DNA of 64,000 nt from positions 55,255 through 119,254 of the forward strand of contig WRCD01000001.1 in assembly GCA_009784185.1 (NCBI GenBank). The letters run 5' to 3'. Positions within the stretch are counted from its first letter, which is position 1. Each line of letters begins with the position of its first letter. Source of the stretch: Bacillota bacterium (GTDB taxonomy: Bacteria > Bacillota > Clostridia > Christensenellales > UBA1242). The translations under genes were made by a program, and so were the position numbers. The notes below the pieces were generated by a model that saw only the letters and a program-made list of their open reading frames with translations, did not search any database and was not told the origin of the DNA. Below, in pieces: positions 1 to 6,964 of this stretch.

Positions 1-1
1 T

Positions 2-676
2 GTAAAGGATGCGTACAACTACAAGGATATTCAATTTATATTAAGCGATACCGCCGGCATCCGGCGCGGAGAGACTCGCGTTGAAGAAATCGGCATTGAG
101 CGCAGCTACATGGAGATAGAGTCTGCCGATATTGTTCTCGTAGTGCTGGACTCAAGCCAGGGGCTGACTCAAGAGGATGAGAAGCTGCTTAAGCTGGTGG
201 AGGATAAGCCGTGTATTACGGTTTGGAACAAGGCGGATATTTCTAGCGATGGGATTGCTTCGTCTGATGGGGCAGGAAGCAGGGCTCGCAATGACAATGT
301 GGTTTGTGCGCTGTCTTTGCGAGACGGGCAAGCGGAGCCGGCAAACGAAGCAATCTCCCATATAGAAGTCAAAACATCAGCACTACAAAATGTAGGTATT
401 TCCGAACTCAAAGATGCAGTCTATCAAACCATATTTACCGGAAGCACTGCTTTAGCCTCCGACCAAATTATGCTAACCTCGCTAAGACATAAGGCGGCAA
501 TAGAGCTGGCGCTCAATTCGCTTAAAACAGCAATATCTATGGCGGATAATGACGGGCTGGAATGTGTTTCGCTCTATATCAAATCCGCATGGCTTGCGCT
601 TGGCGAAATTACAGGAACCACAAGCAACGAGGCGGTGCTGGATGCTATATTCAGCAAATTCTGTTTGGGGAAATGA
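2..676 (+). CDS. mnmE: tRNA modification GTPase MnmE, C-terminal part (5' end lies outside the window)
   Basis: The frame is open from nt 2. It contains DTAGIR (G3), NKAD (G4) and the family-typical C-terminal FCLGK, and it sits directly upstream of mnmG. It carries a repeat-derived in-frame insert at 241-367. Confidence 0.85.
   Translation, partial: VKDAYNYKDIQFILSDTAGIRRGETRVEEIGIERSYMEIESADIVLVVLDSSQGLTQEDEKLLKLVEDKPCITVWNKADISSDGIASSDGAGSRARNDNVVCALSLRDGQAEPANEAISHIEVKTSALQNVGISELKDAVYQTIFTGSTALASDQIMLTSLRHKAAIELALNSLKTAISMADNDGLECVSLYIKSAWLALGEITGTTSNEAVLDAIFSKFCLGK
241..296. repeat. Type-C palindromic repeat (TTCTA..GGGATTGCTTCG-N25-CTCGCAATGACA), inside mnmE
   Basis: It aligns by eye with the copies at 6080, 8997, 15199 and 16773. 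Confidence 0.75.
311..367. repeat. Type-C repeat, inverted copy, inside mnmE
   Basis: The sequence CTGTCTTTGCGAG...CGAAGCAATCTCCC..TAGAA is the reverse complement of the type-C consensus. Confidence 0.7.
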
Positions 677-687
677 ACAAGCAGGAT

Positions 688-825
688 AAAATTCCCCTCT
701 AGAGAGGGGTGCCCGCTTGCGGGCGGGGTGTGTAAAAAGGCCTTTACGCCACCTTCGGTGTCGGCTACCCCGTCTGCCCTCGCCTCTGCGGCTCGGTCAT
801 CCACCCCTTCGGGGAAGGGGAATTT
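688..825. repeat. Composite A/B palindromic MITE-like element
   Basis: It begins AAAATTCCCCTCTAGAGAGGGGTGCC-hairpin-GGCGGGGTGTGT and ends GGCTACCCCGTC..CCACCCCTTCGGGGAAGGGGAATTT. The termini are inverted. Confidence 0.8.
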
Positions 826-840
826 ATAGGAGACAAACTC

Positions 841-2694
841 ATGGAAAACAATTTTGATGCAATTATAATCGGAAGCGGGCATGCGGGCGTTGAGGCGGCG
901 CTTGCTCTTTCTCGCATGGGACACAAAACACTTATGGTTACGCTTAATTTGGACAGCATTGCGTTTTTAGCTTGCAACCCGAGCATTGGCGGAACGGCCA
1001 AAGGACACCTGGTATGCGAGATTGACGCACTTGGCGGTGAAATGGGCAAAGCGGCTGATGCCTGCACCATAAATATGCGTATGTTAAACAGCGGCAAGGG
1101 TGCAGCCGTCCAAAGTCTGCGGGCACAGGTGGACAAAGTAAAATACCACACATATATGAAAAAAATGCTGGAAAACACTCCTAATTTACACATTAAACAA
1201 GGCGAAACCAGTAATATTCTTACAAAAAGCGGAAAAGTGGTTGGTATTGAACTTGACCAGAAACTAAAGTTTTTTGCTCCTAAAGTAATTGTTGCAACAG
1301 GCGTTTATTTAAACTCGCGCATTATATCCGGCAAATATGTGCGCAATGAGGGGCCAAACGGCTTCAGCAACGCTGCCCTGCTTACTAAAAACCTGATTAA
1401 GCTCGGTTGCAATATAATGCGCTTTAAAACCGGCACCCCGGCCAGGCTGGACGGGCGTACAATTAACCTAGGCGCGCTTGAGCCGCAGCATGGTGACGAC
1501 GGTGTGCGAAGATTTTGTGTGCTGGACAAAAACCCTGCCCTTAATCTGCAGCCATGCTATTTAGGCTATACAAATCCGGAAACGCATGAAATTATCAATA
1601 AAAACCTGCATCTGGCACCAATGTATAGCGGCGGCATCAACGGAATTGGCGCAAGATATTGCCCCAGTATAGAAGACAAGGTTGTGCGGTTTGCAGATAA
1701 ACAGCGCCACCAGTTCTTTTTAGAGCCGGAAAGCATGGATAGCAATGAAATATATCTTCAGGGCATAAGCACCAGTATGCCGGCCGAAATTCAGCAAAAG
1801 ATTGTAAACAGTTGTGCGGGCTTGGAAAAAGCGTGGATTATGCGGTACGCATATGCAATTGAATACGACTGCATAGACTCAACCGACCTATACCCTACTT
1901 TAGAATTTAAAAAAGTTAAGGGGTTGTATTTTGCAGGTCAGATAAACGGAACAAGCGGATACGAAGAGGCTGCTGCGCAGGGGCTAATTGCAGGGATTAA
2001 CGCTGCGCTTGCATTGCAAAACAAGCCTGCGCTGATTATTGGACGCGACCAGGGATACATTGGTGTGCTTATAGATGACCTTGTAACAAAGGGCACAAAC
2101 GAGCCGTACCGGATGATGACTTCACGTGCCGAATACAGGCTGATTCTCCGGCAGGATAATGCCGACGAGCGGCTCACTCCGCTAGGGTTTGCGGCCGGAC
2201 TTGCAGATAAAAAACGAGTGGCGGCACTTAAAAGCAAATTAAAACAAATTGCCGTTTTGGAGTCGGGCTTGGATAAAATACTTGCTCCGTCTGCAAAACT
2301 GAATAGTTTTTTAATAAAAAACGGGCAGCCGGAGGCAAAAAGCGGAATAAGTGTGCGGAATTTGGTTAAGCGGCCGGATATAAATCTTTTTGAACTGAAC
2401 AAGGAGTTTGAATTATTTAATGCCGCTGCAGATATTTTAGAACAAGTAAACACAAGAGTAAAATATGACGGATATATTGCCCTTGAACAAAAGCATATTG
2501 CAGAAATGCGCAAGACGGAAAATCTTTTGCTGCCCGACCTGGATTATAATTCTTTGTCCGGGCTAAGAATTGAGGCCAGACAAAAACTGAACAAGATAAA
2601 GCCTCTTAATCTCGGACAGGCATCAAGAATCAGCGGAGTTTCGCCTGCGGACATTGCTGTGCTGCTGATTTATTTAAAAACAATGAAAAACTGA
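841..2694 (+). CDS. mnmG: tRNA uridine 5-carboxymethylaminomethyl modification enzyme MnmG (GidA)
   Basis: N-terminal FAD motif DAIIIGSGHAGVEAA. Other GidA-typical segments are GGTAKGHLV.EIDALGG, RFKTGTPARL and FFAGQINGTSGYEEAAAQG. An AGGAGA SD lies 7 nt upstream of the ATG. Confidence 0.95.
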   Translation: MENNFDAIIIGSGHAGVEAALALSRMGHKTLMVTLNLDSIAFLACNPSIGGTAKGHLVCEIDALGGEMGKAADACTINMRMLNSGKGAAVQSLRAQVDKVKYHTYMKKMLENTPNLHIKQGETSNILTKSGKVVGIELDQKLKFFAPKVIVATGVYLNSRIISGKYVRNEGPNGFSNAALLTKNLIKLGCNIMRFKTGTPARLDGRTINLGALEPQHGDDGVRRFCVLDKNPALNLQPCYLGYTNPETHEIINKNLHLAPMYSGGINGIGARYCPSIEDKVVRFADKQRHQFFLEPESMDSNEIYLQGISTSMPAEIQQKIVNSCAGLEKAWIMRYAYAIEYDCIDSTDLYPTLEFKKVKGLYFAGQINGTSGYEEAAAQGLIAGINAALALQNKPALIIGRDQGYIGVLIDDLVTKGTNEPYRMMTSRAEYRLILRQDNADERLTPLGFAAGLADKKRVAALKSKLKQIAVLESGLDKILAPSAKLNSFLIKNGQPEAKSGISVRNLVKRPDINLFELNKEFELFNAAADILEQVNTRVKYDGYIALEQKHIAEMRKTENLLLPDLDYNSLSGLRIEARQKLNKIKPLNLGQASRISGVSPADIAVLLIYLKTMKN

Positions 2695-2874
2695 CACGCT
2701 GTTGCTGGCCATGCCCCTCAACGCCGGTAAACGAAGCGGTTTTATACAGCTCTGTTTAAGAAAAAGGGGCTTCGTTTAAAGCGTTTCGAAGTATGACCGA
2801 CAACAGCTCTCAAGACCTGGCCCGGCAGCTGCCGTCAGCGCGTCTGCCTTGTCTGGCATTTGCTCATGCGCTTA

Positions 2875-2890
2875 TGTTTCACGTGGAGCA
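2875..2890. promoter_or_regulatory. parS-like site TGTTTCACGTGGAGCA, about 30 nt upstream of the parA promoter
   Basis: It matches the Bacillus-type parS consensus TGTTNCACGTGAAACA at 14 of 16 positions. Confidence 0.5.
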
Positions 2891-2919
2891 GAAAATTGCG
2901 GCGAATGCGCGGTTTTTTG

Positions 2920-2948
2920 TTGAGTTTTATTTATGAGGGTGATATAAT
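2920..2948 (+). promoter_or_regulatory. Sigma70-type promoter of parAB (TTGAGT-17-TATAAT)
   Basis: The hexamers and the 17-nt spacer were read directly from the sequence. Confidence 0.55.
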
Positions 2949-2982
2949 GTCACTGCAATGTTATATTAGAAGGAGAAAAAGT

Positions 2983-3795
2983 TTGGGAAAGATTGTTGCA
3001 TTTACCAACCAGAAAGGCGGAGTTGGAAAAACTACGACCTGTGTTAACCTGGCGGCATATTTATGTGCTTTCAGTAAAAAAGTTTTAATTGTAGACCTTG
3101 ACCCGCAAGGAAATGCCACCACCGGTGTTGGCATAGACAAGAGCAAAGACTTAAAAACACTGTACAACATTATTGACAATGATTGTTCGGCAGCCGAAGC
3201 GGTTCTGGGCACAAATCTTGTCGGGCTGGATATTATTCCGTCTACTGTTGATTTGGCGGGAGCCGAAATTGACCTTGTTCAGATTAAAAGCAGAGAAAAG
3301 GTTTTAAAACGTGCATTGGACAGCTTGAAAAACAGTTATGACTATGTACTTATAGATTGTCCTCCAAGTTTGGGATTGCTGACGGTTAACGCTTTAACTG
3401 CTTCAAATTCAATTATGATACCTATACAATGCGAGTTTTATGCCCTTGAAGGGCTAAGCCAGCTTATGAACACCATAAAACTGGTTAAACAGCATTTGAA
3501 TCCGGAAATAGAAATTGAGGGCGTAATTTTAACTATGAAGGACAGCCGCTCCAATCTGGTTAATCAGGTAGCGGCAGAAATACAGAAATTTTTCGGCAAA
3601 AAAGTGTTTGAGGTTATTATACCAAGAAACATCCGGCTGGCCGAAGCTCCAAGCCATGGACTGCCGATTGTAATTTACGACAACAAGGCTCCGGGAGCCA
3701 TTGCATACCAGGAGCTTACAAGAGAATTTCTAAAACGGAACAATGACAAAGGAACTGTGGTTCCAAAAGAAAAACTGTTTAAAGGAGCTAATTAA
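2983..3795 (+). CDS. soj: ParA/Soj chromosome partitioning ATPase
   Basis: Deviant Walker A KGGVGKTT follows directly after the start. A TTG start at 2983 lies 5 nt after an AAGGAGA SD and downstream of a sigma70-like promoter at 2920-2948. The longer ORF-track start at 2860 would lie upstream of that promoter. Confidence 0.85.
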   Translation: MGKIVAFTNQKGGVGKTTTCVNLAAYLCAFSKKVLIVDLDPQGNATTGVGIDKSKDLKTLYNIIDNDCSAAEAVLGTNLVGLDIIPSTVDLAGAEIDLVQIKSREKVLKRALDSLKNSYDYVLIDCPPSLGLLTVNALTASNSIMIPIQCEFYALEGLSQLMNTIKLVKQHLNPEIEIEGVILTMKDSRSNLVNQVAAEIQKFFGKKVFEVIIPRNIRLAEAPSHGLPIVIYDNKAPGAIAYQELTREFLKRNNDKGTVVPKEKLFKGAN

Positions 3796-4847
3796 TGAAA
3801 AAAGGACTGGGAAAAGGGCTGGGGGCATTGTTCTCTGTGTACGAACAGGGTGAACAAGCAGCAGATGATATTATTAATTCTAAGCCTGTTCCACGTGAAA
3901 CAAACAAGGCGGAACCGAAGAGTGAGCCAAAACCTGTTCCACGTGAAACGATTGATGTAAAAAAACCGGCCGAACCAGAGGCGGCATATTACAATTGGGC
4001 GGAGGCTCAGGAGAGAGCGGGCAAAGCGGCGGCAGGCGTTACTCAGAATTTTGCCGGAGAGCGGGTTGAAATATTGGATTTAAATTTGATTGACAGAAAT
4101 GAAGACCAGCCAAGAAAGAATTTTGATAAAGAGGCTTTGGAAGAGCTTGCGGAATCTATAAGACAGCACGGCGTGATTCAGCCGATAGTTGTTAACAATG
4201 CCGGCGGGCGGTTTGTAATAATTGCCGGTGAGCGAAGGTATAGGGCAAGCAAGATGGCGGGCCTCAAAAAGATTCCCGCAATAATAAAGAATTATACCCA
4301 GCGGCAAATTAAAGAGGTTGCGCTAATAGAGAACTTGCAAAGGGAAGATCTGAACAGCTTGGAGGCTGCAAGGGCTATTAAGCGGCTTATGGAAGAGCAT
4401 GGAATGAACCAGGAAGAGGTTGCGGACAGAATTGGTAAAAGCAGGCCGGCAATTGCAAACACATTAAGGCTTTTATCGCTCCAGCCGGAAGTGCAGGCAA
4501 TGCTTGAGAAGGGTAAGCTAAGCGCGGGGCACGCAAGAACGCTTGTTGTGGTAAGTAAGCCCGAAGATCAGATTCGTCTTGCCAGACTGGCAACGGATGA
4601 TAAGAAAAGCGTTCGCGATCTGGAAAAAATTGTTAGAGAATACTTAAATCCAAGTTTGGCTAAGCCAAAGGCTAAACAGAGTGTCAGCTTAGAGTTGAAA
4701 GAGCTGATAAGTGATATGCAAAAGATATTTGCTACCAAGGTTCATGTTTTGGGCGGAGACAGAAGAGGCAGAATTTATATTGACTACTATAGCAAAGAAG
4801 ATTTGGACAGAATAAGTGATTGTATGGAAAGATTGAAAAGAAGATAA
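3795..4847 (+). CDS. spo0J: ParB/Spo0J partition protein with an extended N-terminal linker
   Basis: N-terminal KGLGKGLGAL, the ParB box GERRYRAS, and an HTH region EVADRIGKSRPAIANTLRLL. It overlaps the parA stop by 1 nt (TAATG). Confidence 0.9.
   Translation: MKKGLGKGLGALFSVYEQGEQAADDIINSKPVPRETNKAEPKSEPKPVPRETIDVKKPAEPEAAYYNWAEAQERAGKAAAGVTQNFAGERVEILDLNLIDRNEDQPRKNFDKEALEELAESIRQHGVIQPIVVNNAGGRFVIIAGERRYRASKMAGLKKIPAIIKNYTQRQIKEVALIENLQREDLNSLEAARAIKRLMEEHGMNQEEVADRIGKSRPAIANTLRLLSLQPEVQAMLEKGKLSAGHARTLVVVSKPEDQIRLARLATDDKKSVRDLEKIVREYLNPSLAKPKAKQSVSLELKELISDMQKIFATKVHVLGGDRRGRIYIDYYSKEDLDRISDCMERLKRR
3887..3902. promoter_or_regulatory. parS site TGTTCCACGTGAAACA inside parB coding sequence
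   Basis: It matches the canonical 16-mer exactly. Confidence 0.8.
3935..3950. promoter_or_regulatory. parS site TGTTCCACGTGAAACG inside parB coding sequence
   Basis: It matches 15 of 16 positions and lies 48 nt from the previous site. Confidence 0.75.
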
Positions 4848-4855
4848 TGCGAAAC

Positions 4856-4879
4856 AAAAACCGCCGTTGGCGGTTTTTT
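4856..4879 (+). terminator. Intrinsic terminator after parB
   Basis: The stem CCGCC-GTT-GGCGG is followed by a T6 run. Confidence 0.7.
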
Positions 4880-4884
4880 GTTTC

Positions 4885-4932
4885 GGCTACCCCGTCAGCT
4901 TCGCTGCCACCCCTTCTAAAAAGGGGAATTTT
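4885..4932. repeat. Solo type-B end
   Basis: The sequence is GGCTACCCCGTCAGCTTCGCTGCCACCCCTTCTAAAAAGGGGAATTTT. Confidence 0.75.
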
Positions 4933-4963
4933 GCTCAAGACATATCTTTGCCGGACAGGGAAT

Positions 4964-4979
4964 CGTTTCACGTGGAACC
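4964..4979. promoter_or_regulatory. parS-like site CGTTTCACGTGGAACC downstream of parB
   Basis: The 14-nt core is the reverse complement of the core of the sites inside parB. Only the outermost positions differ. Confidence 0.65.
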
Positions 4980-5073
4980 AATCTTTCTTGTTTACGAAGC
5001 AGCAGCGGAGTTGACGTGGTCTGTTACGTGCCTACGCAAAACACATCCCCCGTCACTCCACTACTGCTTCTTT

Positions 5074-5089
5074 CGTTCCACGTGGAACG
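5074..5089. promoter_or_regulatory. parS-like site CGTTCCACGTGGAACG (perfect 16-nt palindrome)
   Basis: It has the GTTCCACGTGGAAC core and forms the right arm of the 4964-5089 palindrome. Confidence 0.6.
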
Positions 5090-5130
5090 GGCAACGAGAA
5101 TTTTCCATAATATGTTAGATAGGACATATT

Positions 5131-5931
5131 ATGCTGGTAGAATTTTTTTCTGAGCTGTCTCCGTTATTGCAAACCGTGCTGGCAAGCACATTTGGTTTTT
5201 TGGTAACCGGCCTTGGGGCGGCAATTGTGTTTTTGTTTGCTAAACCCAATAAAAAGGTGTTTGCCTGTCTGCTGGCGGTAGCGGCAGGGGTAATGGTGGC
5301 CTCGTCTATATTCAGTCTGATATTGCCATCTATTGAAATGGGCGAACTGGTGTATGGCATGGGCTGGTTTACGGCTAGCCTCGGGTTTACATTGGGAGCA
5401 TTGTACATAGTTGCGGTTGATTATATGGTGGAAGCGGCTAACAAAAGAAAACGGCTGTTTAAAACTGCCGAGCGGAAACAAGCCTTTTTATTGTTTGCTT
5501 CTATTACCACTCACAACGTTGCTGAAGGTATGGTAATTGGAGTTGCTTTTGCAGCGGCTGCAATGACAGACAGCACGACTACAATTGTTGGAGCAATCTT
5601 GCTCGCTTTTGGAATTGCTGTACAAAACTTTCCCGAGGGAGCAGCTGTGTCTTTGCCGATGTACAGCTACGGGCACAGTAAGCCGGCGGCGTTTTTGTAT
5701 GGGGCCTTGTCGGCAATAGTTGAGCCGGTGTTTGCAATTGCAGCTTTTTTACTGGCAAGTCTTGCTGTTCCGCTTATGCCGTTTTTGCTGTCGTTTGGAG
5801 CAGGAGCAATGATTGGAGTTGTTCTTAGTGAGTTGATTCCAGATGCAATAAAGGGAAGCCGGAACCTGACGATACTTATGTTTTGTGCCGGATTTATATT
5901 TATGATGATTCTGGACGTGGTATTAGGGTGA
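5131..5931 (+). CDS. ZIP-family divalent metal transporter (ZupT/GufA-like)
   Basis: Polytopic membrane protein with the ZIP signatures HNVAEGMVIGVAF and QNFPEGAAVS. Confidence 0.75.
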   Translation: MLVEFFSELSPLLQTVLASTFGFLVTGLGAAIVFLFAKPNKKVFACLLAVAAGVMVASSIFSLILPSIEMGELVYGMGWFTASLGFTLGALYIVAVDYMVEAANKRKRLFKTAERKQAFLLFASITTHNVAEGMVIGVAFAAAAMTDSTTTIVGAILLAFGIAVQNFPEGAAVSLPMYSYGHSKPAAFLYGALSAIVEPVFAIAAFLLASLAVPLMPFLLSFGAGAMIGVVLSELIPDAIKGSRNLTILMFCAGFIFMMILDVVLG

Positions 5932-5941
5932 GTACTGGAAC

Positions 5942-5990
5942 AAAAGATTCCCCTCTTGAGAGGGGTGGCGCCGTAGGCGACGGGGTGTGT
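5942..5990. repeat. Solo type-A end
   Basis: The sequence is AAAAGATTCCCCTCTTGAGAGGGGTGGCGCCGTAGGCGACGGGGTGTGT. Confidence 0.75.
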
Positions 5991-6030
5991 CTAGCGCATG
6001 GCATTAAATAGGGCAATAAGCGTGCGCAAC

Positions 6031-6062
6031 AAAAATCCCCCTCTATCTTAGAGGAGAATTTT
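6031..6062. repeat. Degenerate terminal hairpin of the A/B family
   Basis: The sequence is AAAAATCCCCCTCTATCTTAGAGGAGAATTTT. Confidence 0.4.
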
Positions 6063-6079
6063 ATTCACTTCCTGTAGAT

Positions 6080-6136
6080 TTCTATCTAGGGGATTGCTTC
6101 GCTGGAGGTGCTTCGAAGACCGTCTCGCAATGACAG
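6080..6136. repeat. Type-C repeat (intergenic)
   Basis: The sequence is TTCTATCTAGGGGATTGCTTCG...CTCGCAATGACAG. Confidence 0.75.
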
Positions 6137-6139
6137 AAC

Positions 6140-6955
6140 CTACTTCTTCTTGCTGGTTAAAATCATATGAAATAACCAGTCCTGTGTTTTTTCGGGCAGT
6201 ATTCCCAAAAATTTTAGTTGTTTGCTGTTTACAATCCGGTACATTATTTTAGGCTTTTTCTTTTCAATTATTTTTTGTGTTAGTTTAGCCAGCAGCATCG
6301 GGTCATTGGTTTTGTTTAGTTCATGACTCATCATGCTTACCATGTTACCAAATGAGTCTTTAAAATATTTGGTAGTCTCCATAAGGTGGTTGCAGCTCTT
6401 AGTTGTTTCTGTCAGCATATTGGTTTTAAGCGAGCCCGGGCGGATTTTAACAACCGGAATTTTTAATAGTTTCAGCTCGCGCCGCAACGCATCCGAATAT
6501 GCTTCGACCGCAACCTTGCTGATTACATACGGCCCGTTAAACGGCGGGGAAGAGTATTGGGCAATCTCGCTTGAAATGTTTATAATTCTGCTGTAATCAC
6601 CTTTTAGCAGCGGCAGAAAAATTTTGTTTACCCGGTACATTCCCATAAGGTTGATGTCTATTATGTTTTGCAGTTTTGCCTCATCTATTTCGCAAATGGC
6701 CTCCATAACAAAAATGCCCGCGTTGTTTATAACGCATTTTAATGTATCGGTCTGCTGGCTGATTACTTTAAATGCGGCCTCAACGGAGGCGGGTTTGGTT
6801 ACATCCATAATCAGCGGAATTATGTTTTCACTTGGTTCGCCGGAGTATTTGTTAATATCCGTACAAAAAACCTTGTAGCCATTGTTGGCTAAATGCGTGG
6901 TTATAGCAAGCCCAATTCCGCTTGCTCCGCCGGTTACCAGAATGTAGTTGGTCAT
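6140..6955 (-). CDS. SDR-family oxidoreductase
   Basis: N-terminal TGGASGIG Rossmann motif, NNAG, and a YxxxK-type catalytic segment (YVISK). An AAGGAG SD overlaps the end of dnaB. Confidence 0.8.
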   Translation of the reverse strand: MTNYILVTGGASGIGLAITTHLANNGYKVFCTDINKYSGEPSENIIPLIMDVTKPASVEAAFKVISQQTDTLKCVINNAGIFVMEAICEIDEAKLQNIIDINLMGMYRVNKIFLPLLKGDYSRIINISSEIAQYSSPPFNGPYVISKVAVEAYSDALRRELKLLKIPVVKIRPGSLKTNMLTETTKSCNHLMETTKYFKDSFGNMVSMMSHELNKTNDPMLLAKLTQKIIEKKKPKIMYRIVNSKQLKFLGILPEKTQDWLFHMILTSKKK

Positions 6956-6964
6956 ATTTGCTCC

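Noticed and set aside
2695-2874. Missing rsmG between mnmG and parA; a 48-codon ORF starting near 2793 as a possible remnant
   Set aside because: The ORF has no SD and no resemblance to the RsmG N-terminus that I can see. The region also contains a 10-bp inverted repeat (TAAACGAAGC...GCTTCGTTTA). It is more likely non-coding, and rsmG may simply be elsewhere in the genome.
2860-2982. Longer parA ORF start (and the ATG at 2947)
   Set aside because: A good TTGAGT-17-TATAAT promoter (2920-2948) lies inside this extension. The TTG at 2983 has an AAGGAGA SD, and Walker A follows immediately as in other ParA proteins.
4820-5118. ORFs of 64 and 83 aa in the parB-ZIP intergenic region
   Set aside because: They overlap the parB terminator, a type-B repeat and the parS palindrome. 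They have no SD, and their peptide content is repeat-derived (..GYPVSFAATPSKKGNF..).
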